DNA from: Eledone cirrhosa
Lineage: Eukaryota
Assembly: GCA_964016885.1 (NCBI GenBank)
Contig: OZ024757.1
Location: 35,278,001 to 35,342,000 of the forward strand
DNA: 64,000 nucleotides
Direction: 5' to 3'
The translations under genes and the position numbers were made by a program. Shown piece by piece: positions 52,236 to 64,000 of this stretch (positions within the stretch are counted from its first letter, which is position 1; each line of letters begins with the position of its first letter). The notes beneath the pieces are model-generated. The model saw nothing but the letters and a program-made list of their open reading frames with translations, searched no databases and was not told the DNA's origin.

Positions 52236-52842
52236 AATGTTTCTATGGATTATTCAATGGCACAAGATTTGCTGGGTTGCTCATACCTGCTGACTATGGT
52301 GGACCACTTCACTCGTTAGCCTGAAGCCAATCCTCTCTGCAGCATAGAAACACAAGAAATCACCTGCACCTTCGTTGCTCCAGTCCACTCAACTGGCAAA
52401 AATGAGCTGTACCTGTAATTGAAAGGGTCAGCCACGCTATGCTGAATCTCCCTGAGAACTAAGTCAAATGTACACGTCTGAGGAATGTTCAGCCATTTGA
52501 TAAAGAGAAACTGTTTGGAAGGGTCAGCCATGCTACACATTGTGTCACGTTGAAGGGTACACACAGACCTGCCAACCTCTAAAAATCCAAACGGGGGAGT
52601 ACCATGCAAAAAAAGGGTCCCAAAACGGGAATAAATGAGGTAAAGTGAGTAGATTTTAAATAATTGTTTCTATTTTTGGCACAAAAGTAGAAAATTATTA
52701 TTATAAAATATAATGCCCATCAGTGAAGAGTTTCGAAACGGTTCTAGGCTTGACCGTCGGGCATAGTGACCAATAAAGAAACAATTATATCTCAAAATAA
52801 TATCTAGACTCTACTTGGCTGAAGTATGGAGTTCTAAGTTGA

Positions 52843-53035
52843 ATAATTGTTTCTACTTTTGGCACAAGGCCAGCAATCACCCAGTACATTACTGGTACTT
52901 TATTTTATCGACCCCGTAAAGATGTAAGGCAAAGTTAACCTCGGCGGGATTTGAACTCAGAACGTAAGGGGCCGTAACTCTATGCGTCAAAGCATGGCGT
53001 CTGACCCTCTACCGATACTGCCAATCCACCGCCCT
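52843..53035 (-). mobile_element. Full-length tRNA-derived SINE with 14-bp target-site duplication
   Basis: A box TGGCAGTATCGG, B box GAGTTCAAATCC; ctaagttgaataat at 52834-52847 and 53034-53047. Confidence 0.9.
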
Positions 53036-53394
53036 AAGTTGAATAATGTTATTTGTTGTGGTTGTTGATGATGATGATGATGATGATGTTGACGATGATG
53101 ATGACTTCAAACAGAAGAACCTTGTTTGTTTGGTAGGAATCCATGTCATTTTTTTTTTTTATTGAAGGAATTTGAAAAAATATCATTCAGAAAATCATGC
53201 ACCCACCCACGCACACACACACATATACACGCGTACGCACACGCACACACACACACACATATATATATGCAAGGTTTGTTATATGAATTCGTGTGTGTGC
53301 GTATATATATATATATATATATGTTCATACATACGCAGTGTGGAGGCGCGTGGTGTAGTGGTTAGAGTGTTGGACTTACAGTCGTTATATATAT

Positions 53395-53727
53395 AATTAT
53401 AAAATAACAGGAGGCTGGACTGGTGTAATTCCTTAAAGGTTTATTATACAATAAACATTTCATTGACCGGGTTCAGTATGAATCTGGTGACATCATCAGG
53501 TATTCGAAATTTAACAAAGGAATATAATCCATGGGGCTGAAAAGGCAGAGAGACATGAAGGCGGCCACACATTTAGCAGTTTCTAGTCCATAGATTATGT
53601 TCCTTTGTTAAATTTCGAATACCTGATGATGTCACCGGATTCATACTGAACCCGGTCAATGAAATGTTCCTAGTATAATAAACCTTTTAAGGAACTACAC
53701 CAGTCCAGCCTCCTGTTATTTTATAAT
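53395..53727. mobile_element. Inverted pair of family C HHR elements
   Basis: Arms ~53395-53542(-) and ~53580-53727(+). Plus copy: atac CTGATGA..GAAA tgttcc TA gtat at 53619-53676, with stem III decayed. Confidence 0.75.
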
Positions 53728-53875
53728 AATTAACACCGTACTTGCACCACCAACAACACAAATGAAGACGGGTGAGTTGTATTATGTCGAGTGCTCTCCT
53801 GATATTATATCGAGATTGACTATACGGAATGACCAGTTCTATCCAGTGGTGAACCAACAGACCTAAATATATATA

Positions 53876-53941
<66 letters not shown>

Positions 53942-53979
53942 ATATTAATAAATGGAAACTATATTTATAAAACCATATT

Positions 53980-54046
53980 TATTTTATTATATATATTTCA
54001 AGGGCAACCAATGCAAATTATGGTGCGCTTTCATCAGATAAAATAC
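53980..54046 (-). ncRNA. Type I hammerhead ribozyme, family D (second copy)
   Basis: Minus strand: tattttat CTGATGA aagcgcacc-ataatttgcatt-ggttgccctt GAAA tatata TA ataaaata. Confidence 0.8.
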
Positions 54047-54259
54047 AGATTTGTTTTATAAATAAATATTGACATACCCAGAAAAAAGACAACCTTAACG
54101 GCTGGAGCAATATATATAATAAAATAAATATGGTTTTATAAATATAGTTTCCATTTATTAATATATTGTGTATTTATTCCACTACTTGTTGAGTGCTTTA
54201 TATCAGTTATAAAAAATTTTAAGCTTGTTGAATCCCAACAAATTAAATATAACCTCTGC

Positions 54260-54292
<33 letters not shown>

Positions 54293-54451
54293 TTCATACA
54301 TATGCAGTGTGGTGTAGTGGTTAGAGTGTCGGACTTACAGTTGTAATATCTTGTCGAGTGGGGAGTCATATACTCTCAGTTGCTTAACGCCAGTTGAAAC
54401 CGGTATGACGGCTCCCCTGGGCATGGGATAGACTTTAACTTTATATATATA

Positions 54452-54646
54452 CAGACCTGCCCACATCTAAAAACCCAAACGGAGAGTACCATGAAAAAAA
54501 GTGCCCCAAAACGGGGAGAAATGAAGCAAAATGGGAAGATTTTACACAATGAAAGCTATACCTATTTTCACAAGAAAAGACATTTCTCACCCACCCCAAA
54601 GAGGGTTGGAGATCTCCCGTCGGACGGGGAGAGTTGACGGGTGTGA
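54452..54646. mobile_element. Possible MITE
   Basis: Imperfect terminal repeats cagacctgcccac ... gttgacgggtgtg; the 5' part is also found at ~52563-52660. Confidence 0.4.
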
Positions 54647-54769
54647 TATATATCAGCGAGATATGAATTCAGGCCGAGAAGATACTAAATCCAACATGGC
54701 AAGCATGACCTTCTATCTGACGTTCTAACGATTTAACCAGTTTGCCGCCTCCGATTTACACAAGATTAT

Positions 54770-55040
54770 AAGAGTGGCAAATTGGCAGTGTCGTTAGAAC
54801 GTATAGAATGCTTTGCGGTATTCTTTCCGACTCTCTGCTTCCAAGAAACCGGAAAACGTTTTCGAAACTCATGTAATACCATAAAAGGCAGTAAATTTGT
54901 AGAGTCATTAGAACATAAGATAGAATGCTTTGCGACATTCGTTTCAGCTCTCTGCTCTCTGAGTTCAAATCCCACCAAGGCCAACTTTGCCTTTCTTCCT
55001 TTCGAGGTCAATGAAAAAGTACCAGTCTAATACTGGGGTC
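54770..55040 (+). mobile_element. tRNA-derived SINE with duplicated head
   Basis: ttggcagtgtcgttaga..gagttcaaatccc..actttgcctttc..agtaccagt. Confidence 0.7.
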
Positions 55041-55531
55041 GATTCTTCCTCTATATCGCGTTCTTACTTCCATTCTCTCACTTTCTATCATTTTCTGGAA
55101 GAAATATGCTCTATTCAGATCTGGAGATGGATGGGGTTTAAAAAAAAGTGCCCTCAAAACGCTGTATGTCAATTACAGAGTCTCTACGGCTCCATCAGGA
55201 GTTACGTGAACAAAGACAAGATGGACGATATAATAATATATTAGAAAAAGGAATTGAAACCGAGCTACTACATATGATATCCAGTCCATTAATAGGACTG
55301 TCGTCTGCTAGGTTAGTAAATTTATAAAAATATTATGTATATATACATATGGTAGGGATGCAGCATGGCAACACCATGTTGACTGAAAACAGTAATATAT
55401 ATATACAGTATTTGTATATATATATATATATATGGAGGAGGTTATAGTTCACTTGAAGCATTGTGTAATGAGGTATAAACGTTTGTATATGTATAATAAA
55501 GCCAAAACAACGCAGGTATGGACATAGAATA

Positions 55532-55711
55532 AATAATTGTTTCTACTTTAGGCAGAAGGCCAGCAATTATTCCAGTGTATTACTGGTACTTTATTTTATC
55601 GACCCTGTAAGGATGAAAGGCAAAGTCAACCTCGGCGGGATTTGAACTCAGATCGTAAAGGGACGTAACTATGCTGGAAAGCATGGCGTCCGACTCTCTA
55701 CCGATACTGCC
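55532..55711 (-). mobile_element. tRNA-derived SINE interrupting the left arm of family E fold-back
   Basis: Close match to 52843-53035. Confidence 0.85.
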
Positions 55712-55854
55712 TTAATTTTCGAGATAATATCTCTTCTTCGGAGGGAAGTAAAGCGGTTAAACCAGTGTTCTAAATAACTTGGCAAGCTATTTAGAACACT
55801 GGTTTAACCGCTTTACTTCCCTCCGAAGAAGAGATATTATCTCGAAAATTAAGG
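55710..55854. mobile_element. Near-perfect palindrome with a hammerhead-like motif in each arm (family E)
   Basis: cct CCGAAGA a gagat-att-atctc GAAA at TA agg at 55820-55854(+) and 55710-55744(-); outer arms 55477-55538 / 55912-55972. Confidence 0.65.
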
Positions 55855-55993
55855 ACATTTAAATAAATCTAAGGTAAAAGACTAATTGTCAACAATATCT
55901 TTTGCATTTGCATTATTTATTCTATGTCCATACCTGCATTGTTTTGGCTTTATTATACATATACAAACGTTTATATATATATATATATATATA

Positions 55994-57123
55994 TCATCAT
56001 CATTTTACGTCCACTTTTCCCTGCTTGCAAGGGTGGGACGGGTCTTATTCAGCACAGCATCTTTCCACTCGTCACGGTCCTTCGTCATCTCCACCGTGAG
56101 CTTCAATGATCTGAGGTCTGTTCTCACCACCTCCGCCCATGTTTTTTGTGGTCTACCTCTACCACGTCTTCCTTCAACTGGCATTTCCTGGCACTTCTTC
56201 ACCCATTGGTCATCCTCCATGCGCATCACATGTCCATACCACCTCAGTGTCCTCTCCCGTACACTACATTCTATCCCTCTCAGACACAGTTTCTCTCTCA
56301 ACACATTTATGCTGGGTCGTTCACGCACATTTACACTGCACATCCAATGGAGCATGCTTGCCTCATTTCTCTCCAGCCTTCGCATATCCCCTGCAGTTGC
56401 TGCCCATGTCTCACAACCATGCAGCATCACGCTCCTCACACAGGCATCATACAACCGACCTTTCGTACGCAGGGAGAAACCCTTCTTTGTCAACAGAGGA
56501 AACAGCTCCCTAAACTTCTTCCAACCCGTCTTTATTCTAGATACTATGGCCTCGGAACACCGTCTTCCCTTGCTAATCTGATCTCCTAGGTACCGGAAGC
56601 TATCCACCACTTCTATAGCGCCCTCCTGCATCTGAAAAATGTGTCTATCAATGCGACTTCTACTGTCTAATTTCCCTGTACATCTACTGTATACATATTT
56701 CTCCCTACCTGTTAGTTTGCCTGCTATCCCGCTACATCTCTTGTGTACCCAGGATCTGCATTGTGTGCATTTTATAGAATTTATGCCAGTTCCTTTTCTG
56801 CATATCGAACATGGCCATTTCCCTGACGGAATCAGGGTTTTGTCCTCTTTTCTACTCATCAACACTTTTGTCTTAGCTAGGTTCACTCTCAGTCCTCTTG
56901 CTTCCAACTGCTGTTTTCATAGCCAGAATTTATTCTCTAGCTCCTCTACTGATTCTGCTATAAGAACCAGATCGTCAGCATAGAGAAGTTCCCATGGACA
57001 GCCAGTCTTAAACTCCTCTGTTATGGCTTGGAGGACTATAATGAACAAGAGCGGGCTGAGGACCGAACCTTGATGTACTCCTACTTGTATCTGGAATTCC
57101 TCACTAAACTCGATTCCTACCCT

Positions 57124-57130
<7 letters not shown>
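55994..57130 (-). mobile_element. RTE-clade LINE, 5'-truncated (copy 2)
   Basis: [46 protein letters not shown]. There is one nonsense codon near 56918 and an (ATG)n tail. Confidence 0.95.
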
Positions 57131-58002
<872 letters not shown>

Positions 58003-58210
58003 TCATCATCATCATCATCAACGTTTAACGTCCGTGTTCCATGCTTGCATGGGTTTGGACGGGGGTAGTCCCACTTGAGGCAAGAGTGATTGTCTTGCTC
58101 GCATAGGACTGTCTGGCAGGTTTTCTACAGTTGGATGCCCTTCCTAACACCAACCACATTTACAGTGTGGGTCTGGGAGGTTTTTACCGTGTTGCCTACA
58201 CGGCCACATT
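58003..58210 (-). mobile_element. Short element with RTE-like 3' tail
   Basis: (cat)n-tttaacgtccgt..ccatgcttgcatggg..ggatgcccttcctaacaccaacc; a homologue lies at 60817-61020. Confidence 0.6.
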
Positions 58211-58355
58211 ACAGCGTGGACTGTGTGTTTTTTTGTCGTGACACCTACACGATCTCATTTGTTTCGGCCTGGATGGCGCGGCACCAACATAACTTTACAT
58301 AGAACGGGGTGGTGTGGAAGGGTTTGGGGGTGGTGGCGGGACGGGGTGTATTTTG

Positions 58356-59471
58356 TTAGAGATGCCTACTGGCAAGGTGGGTCTTCTCTGTTACTGAGTA
58401 CCGCCAAAGGTCTCGGTCCAGTGACATTGTCTTGGAGAGGTGTAAGTGTGTGAGGTCGGAGTTTATCAGCTCATCCCAGGTTTTTCTAGGTCTGCCTATT
58501 CCGTGGCTACCGTCTATCTTCATTGCCCTGCACTTTGTTATACAGCTATCGACTTTCATGCGCATCACGTGTCCATACCAACGCAGCCTTCTCTCGAGTA
58601 AACAACATCTGATCCCTCTTATCTCTAATTTTTTCCTTAGTTCGTTTATGCTTTGCCGTTCACGTATATTACTGTTACACATCCAGCGGAGCATGCAAGC
58701 TTCGTTCCTCTCTAGTCTGCGTATATCCTCTGCACACAATGCCCAGGTCTCACTACCATGCAACATTGCTGTTCGTATGCAGGCATCGTACAACCTGCCT
58801 TTCATTTTTAGGGAGAACCCTTTAGCAGCTAATAGTGGTATAAGCTCTCTGAACTTTTTCCAACCAGTTCTGACTCTAGCTACAGTACTTTCAGAGCACC
58901 CTCCCCCACTGCTGATTTTATCGCCCAGGTAACGGAAGCTGTCCACTATTTCTATAGAACCCTCTGCGCAATTGAAAGAGCTAGTATTTTGTGGGCACTT
59001 GCTGCTACTTATTGCACCAGAACACCGGCCACATGTAAAATCTATGTTCTTAGTTAGCTTACCTGTGATCCCACTACATCTTTTATGCACCCATACTTTG
59101 CATTTAGGACATAAAATGGAGTTTCTACCTACGCCTTTCCTACACACCGAGCACGACCATTTCCCAGAAGGGACCGCCGCCTTGTTTTCTTTCCTACAAA
59201 CTAGAACTTTGGTCTTAGCCAGGTTAATTTTAAGTCCTTTTGACTCTAGGCCGTGCTTCCATGTTTGGAATTTCTTCTCTAGCTCGGCCATTGATTCCGC
59301 TATGAGTGTCAGGTCGTCTGCGTATAGGAGTTCCCATGGGCAGCCTGTCTTGAACTCCTCTGTTATAGCCTGAAGGGCAATAATAAATAGTAGGGGGCTG
59401 AGAACAGAGCCCTGATGGACGCCAACTTTTACGCTAAACTCTTCACTATATTCGTTGTTAATTCTAACCTT
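58356..59471 (-). mobile_element. RTE-clade LINE, different subfamily, 5'-truncated with an open 371-codon frame (copy 3)
   Basis: [35 protein letters not shown]4HC3 finger..[14 protein letters not shown]; no stop codons. Confidence 0.95.
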
Positions 59472-59472
59472 G

Positions 59473-59981
<509 letters not shown>

Positions 59982-60452
59982 TGCAGTTCAGAAGTTGGGA
60001 AATCCGAAGGCGAAGAGTTCACAGGCTTCAGATAATTATCCAGGTTCGAATATACATATATTCACACACACACACACATACCGCAAGGTAAGCCCCATAT
60101 GTGGTACCATAAACTAACCCTCACATGTGGCACTGTAAGTTAAACACACACACGCACGCACACTTACACACACACACACATACCATAAGGTAAGCTCCAC
60201 ATGCATGTGGCACCGTAAGTTAACCCTGACATGTGGCACTAAGCTAAACACACACATGTTCACGTACACACACACACATGTACACACACATGTACACACA
60301 CACACACACACATGTAAACAGACACATGTTTTTAGATATACGTGTTTTGGTATCTCGGTTGTGGCCCCGTAAACTAAACTTCCAATGTGGTACAGTAAGG
60401 TAAACTCCATGTGTGGCGCCGTAAACTAACCCTCACATGTGGCACGGTTAAC

Positions 60453-60716
60453 CTAAACCTCACATGTGGTCATATTCGATCCATTCCCATGCACTCCATT
60501 CACACTGGGCGCCTGTATCTCCAAGGCAAGACCGGTCCCACTGCGGTCAGCCGCAAGAAAGAACATTTTATCTCGAAGACCGAAGAATAATTTCCTCATT
60601 CTGGATTCCCTGTGGTTATTTTTCTTCGCCTCGGTCGTGTCAGAAGAGGAGGAGTCTGTCGCAATTGTCTCCGAGGAACAGAACCATGATTTCCTCATCA
60701 GTTCTGCTAAGTCATC
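60453..60716 (-). CDS. Last coding exon (helix 8 and C-tail) of a class A neuropeptide GPCR
   Basis: Acceptor ttctacttgcag|GATGAC in phase 0 joins ...NDNFR|DDLAELMRKSW; Ser/Thr-rich tail ending TTCEV*. Confidence 0.75.
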   Translation of the reverse strand, partial: DDLAELMRKSWFCSSETIATDSSSSDTTEAKKNNHRESRMRKLFFGLRDKMFFLAADRSGTGLALEIQAPSVNGVHGNGSNMTTCEV

Positions 60717-61059
60717 CTGCAAGTAGAAGTTAAATAGCATCACACAGAGAAACATATATATAAATATATACATACATATATGTACACACACACACACACA
60801 CATACACACATATATACATCATCATCAACATCATCACCGTTTTACGTCCGTTCTTCTACGCTAGCATGGGTTAGACGGGTTGTCCTGTTGTGAGTAGTGT
60901 CCATGCCTTGCTCATACGGGAACTGATTTTGGCTTGATTTCTACAGATGGATGCCCATCCTAACACCAACCTCATTTACAGTGAGTGCTGGGTTTTTTTT
61001 GCCGTTGTGCCTACACGTCCACTTTGCAGTGGAATGATAGGGACCCCAGTCCCTATCAT

Positions 61060-61203
61060 CTCATTTCTACAGCTGAGTAAACTGGAGCAATGTGAAATAA
61101 AGTGTCTTGCTCAAGGAAACAACACATCACCCGGTCTGAGAATTGAACCCACAACCTTTCGATTGCAAGGCCAATGCTCTAACCACTAAGCCATGTGCCT
61201 CCA
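61060..61203 (-). mobile_element. tRNA-headed SINE in GPCR intron
   Basis: Minus strand ggcacatggcttagtggttagagc (A box) and gggttcaattctc (B box). Confidence 0.7.
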
Positions 61204-61931
61204 TATATATATCCTAAACGGACGGCAGTCCGTTTAGTAATATTGTTGTGGTCGTGTTTTCGTTGGCAATTATGCATTCACATTATGCATGACACATGAG
61301 GCGTGTCGCCGAATGATGAAATAGGGGTATGGTTATGGCCCAATTGGTGTTCAAACCAGGATCAAATGATCCCCCCAGTCTGACGACGACCTCTGAATGT
61401 GGAACCCAGAGCCTATGAATGTGGAACTCGATTTTTTACCAATAAAAATATTGCCACTAATATTATTGTAAAATTTTTTATTTCTTGTCCAATTCTTTAA
61501 AGTTTTATCTTAGTTTCTTGTCCTATTCTTTTAAAGTTTTATCTTAGTTTCTTGTCCTATTCTTTTAAAGTTTTATTTTAGTTTCTTGTCCTGTATTTTT
61601 AAAGGTTTATATTCCAACAATATTACTTTTTTTTGCTGTACGCATTTTTCTATCTGGTATATATATCTGTGTGTGTGTGTGTGTAATCTGAGTTTTCTCG
61701 AATATTAGTAATATTATTCGATTCGTTTTCAATTATGCAAACAAGCCTCTTTTAAAGCCATGTCAGTAGAATGAGCCCCTCATTCTTGCTCTTGTGTTAG
61801 CATTTAAATCCTGCCTCAGCAACAACAATAACAACAGGTATAATAACGACAACAGTAACAACAATATAAACTCACAACAATATAAACAACAATATAATAA
61901 ACAACAATATAAACTCAGTATAATAACTCAC

Positions 61932-62141
61932 TCTGAAATTATCATTCATGAATCCATATATGATTGGATTCATAAAACTGTGTGACATGGCGAGCCAATG
62001 AACGCTTATATATAGGCTCATGGCGTTAGAGAGAATATATTGGTAAATACCCGGATGGTAGTCGTTTATCAGCGTGATGACATGGATAGGTAACCAACAG
62101 ATTCCAAACAGGACTACAATTGTAACTAGCATTTTGACGAC
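61932..62141 (-). CDS. TM6-TM7 exon of a rhodopsin-class neuropeptide receptor (tachykinin/RYamide-luqin/GPR83-like group)
   Basis: tcttttcag|VVKMLVTIVVLFGICWLP...HWLAMSHSFMNPIIYGFMNDNFR|gtgagt, with CWxP and NPxxY motifs; 210 bp, phase 0/0. Upstream exons were not found in the window. Confidence 0.92.
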
Positions 62142-62196
62142 CTGAAAAGATATATATCAATGTATAGATGTATGTGTATTGTATGTGTATATATAC

Positions 62197-62229
<33 letters not shown>

Positions 62230-62325
62230 GATGTGGACAAAATTACATTAGAGCTTGAAATATCTAAATTATATGAGTTTATGATGCAACTGTATAATAC
62301 AGTTGTATCATAAACTCATATAATT

Positions 62326-62371
<46 letters not shown>

Positions 62372-62410
62372 ATATATATATATATATTAGAATTGGTGCT
62401 CTGAAATAGC

Positions 62411-62623
62411 TATATATATATGAATGTATATATAGTGTATTTTGCAATACACTATGCTTAATTAAAAGCATTTTGAAGACCTTATGCTATTGTTTTAGAG
62501 TAGTGACAGACTCACTGAAAATTAAAGTAAGTGAGTCTGTCACTACTCTAAAACAATAGCATAAGGTCTTCAAAATGCTTTTAATCAAGCATACAGTGTA
62601 TTTCAAAATACACTATATATACA

Positions 62624-62636
<13 letters not shown>
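62411..62636. repeat. Fold-back palindrome of a diverged relative of the 310-bp unit
   Basis: Arms 62411-62516 / 62530-62636; shares tgctctgaaatagc..tgaat..cattttgaagacct with the 310-bp unit. Confidence 0.75.
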
Positions 62637-62663
<27 letters not shown>

Positions 62664-62877
62664 CCCTAAGGACAGACACTGGTCTGTTGGAGACGCAGGA
62701 CATGGCAGCGATAATGAGGGATAGAGACCGCTGGAGAGAACTCGTCCATGGATCTTGGGAATTTTGAGCCATTTCTACACATGCTGTTAAAATTTGAAGT
62801 CATTTGAACAGGAACTGGCAAAGTTATTAGATTGCATCAAATGATATGAAACACCCTGTATATATATTTATATATAA

Positions 62878-63842
62878 CTAGCAGTAAAGCCCGGCGTTGC
62901 TCGGGGTCGCTCAGTAGCTGTGTTAAAGTTACAATGTTAAGTTTCTTTTTTGGCTTAAAAACTGTAGTGTCTACTGTGCAGACTTGCATGTGGTGTTTTT
63001 GATTAATATTCCCTCAACCAACAATATGCCTTATGAAGTTAAGAAAACATAACGATAACCCGAATGTTATAACAAAAGAGGATGCTGGGGATAAAAACTG
63101 CACTGGTTATTTATTAACAAAGATCGAAAATGTAAACACTGCAACGCAGAGAAAAACATTAGCGTAACCAAATTATCAGTTATGTCTGTCTGCACGCCTA
63201 TATCACCTCTCTGCACGACTGTCTGTCTGCACGCTTATATCACCTCTCTGCACGACTGTCTGTCTGCACGCTTATATCAACTCTCTGCACGACTGTCTGT
63301 CTGCACGCCTATATCACCTCTCTGCACGACTGTCTGTCTGCACGCCTATATCACCTCTCTGCACGCCTATATCACCTCTCTGCACGACTGTCTGTCTGCA
63401 CGACTGTCTGTCTGCACGCCTAACGACGAAATATTTGCTTGTTTTACGTAGTCTTTAAATAGACTTGTTTTCAAGTAAAAATATTGTTTTAAAATGCTTT
63501 TAAATGGAAGCAAAACGGAAGCTTAGTGTTCGAACTGATGAATCGTGTATTGTGTTAATGTCATTTTAAACGCTGAGAAAGCCAGCGTAATTTTTTACGT
63601 AAGACGCTCAATGTAAACAGAACAAAGGGAAATAACTGATAACTTACGCTCAAAAATCGATACATTATATTCGATTTCGTCACATAGGGTGGGTCAATTT
63701 GAAATTTTTTTTTTCCGATGTCTTCGCTAGGGCTCAATGTACAAGTATAGCAATTTCGGTGCAATTCCGTGAGAGATTCTAAGAGGAGATGTGTGCCAAA
63801 AATCGATAGACAGACAGACAACCACAGTTTTATATATATAGA
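62878..63842 (-). mobile_element. Complete non-autonomous Helitron (965 bp)
   Basis: Minus strand A|TCTATATATATAAAA ... CCCGAGCAACGCCGGG hairpin ... CTAG|T; internal 37-bp minisatellite at 63183-63421. Confidence 0.85.
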
Positions 63843-64000
63843 TAAGTGTGAAGAAAAAATAGGCAAATGTTTATCGAATTATTCCTGGTAGTGCCGACTG
63901 CTGCAGTTTCGCTTGTGTTATGTACAAAAAGTGCAATTCCGTAGCAATTGCACCTTAACTATTAGGTTACGTGTGTATGTTATATGATCGTGTGTTTGCG

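Noticed and set aside
58432-59373. Plus-strand ORFs over the LINEs
   Set aside because: Antisense shadows of RT coding sequence.
61872-61931. ORF extension beyond the GPCR TM7 exon
   Set aside because: A canonical gtgagt donor follows NDNFR; the extension is intronic low-complexity sequence.
62790-62860. Tc1/mariner end (caccctgta)
   Set aside because: Only one short terminal-repeat-like motif, with no partner or transposase seen.

Overview
Eukaryotic, AT- and microsatellite-rich DNA; the SINE and RTE repertoire suggests a cephalopod such as octopus (inference). The only host gene is the last two coding exons of a minus-strand class A neuropeptide GPCR (60453-62141). Bases 521-23168 form a ~22.6-kb imperfect palindrome: a composite macrosatellite (46-bp minisatellite arrays alternating with a GAGATGAAAC-type satellite) bracketed by inverted copies of a decayed Helitron fragment. 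A third Helitron copy plus satellite lies at 33-38.8 kb. Also present are three RTE-clade LINE copies, CRE-clade endonuclease fragments, many tRNA-derived SINEs, a complete non-autonomous Helitron and a LINE-derived 97-bp minisatellite. The main finding is a set of non-coding elements carrying minimal type I hammerhead ribozyme (HHR) motifs. One is an apparently identical 310-bp tandem array with one HHR per unit (retrozyme-like, 46513-48360). At least four other unrelated short HHR families occur, including U3-A8 and C4 core variants. Most sit next to (TA)n tracts as fold-back pairs with their 3' ends pointing outward, resembling Penelope-type mobilisation. All structures and identities were assessed by eye and no activity is shown.
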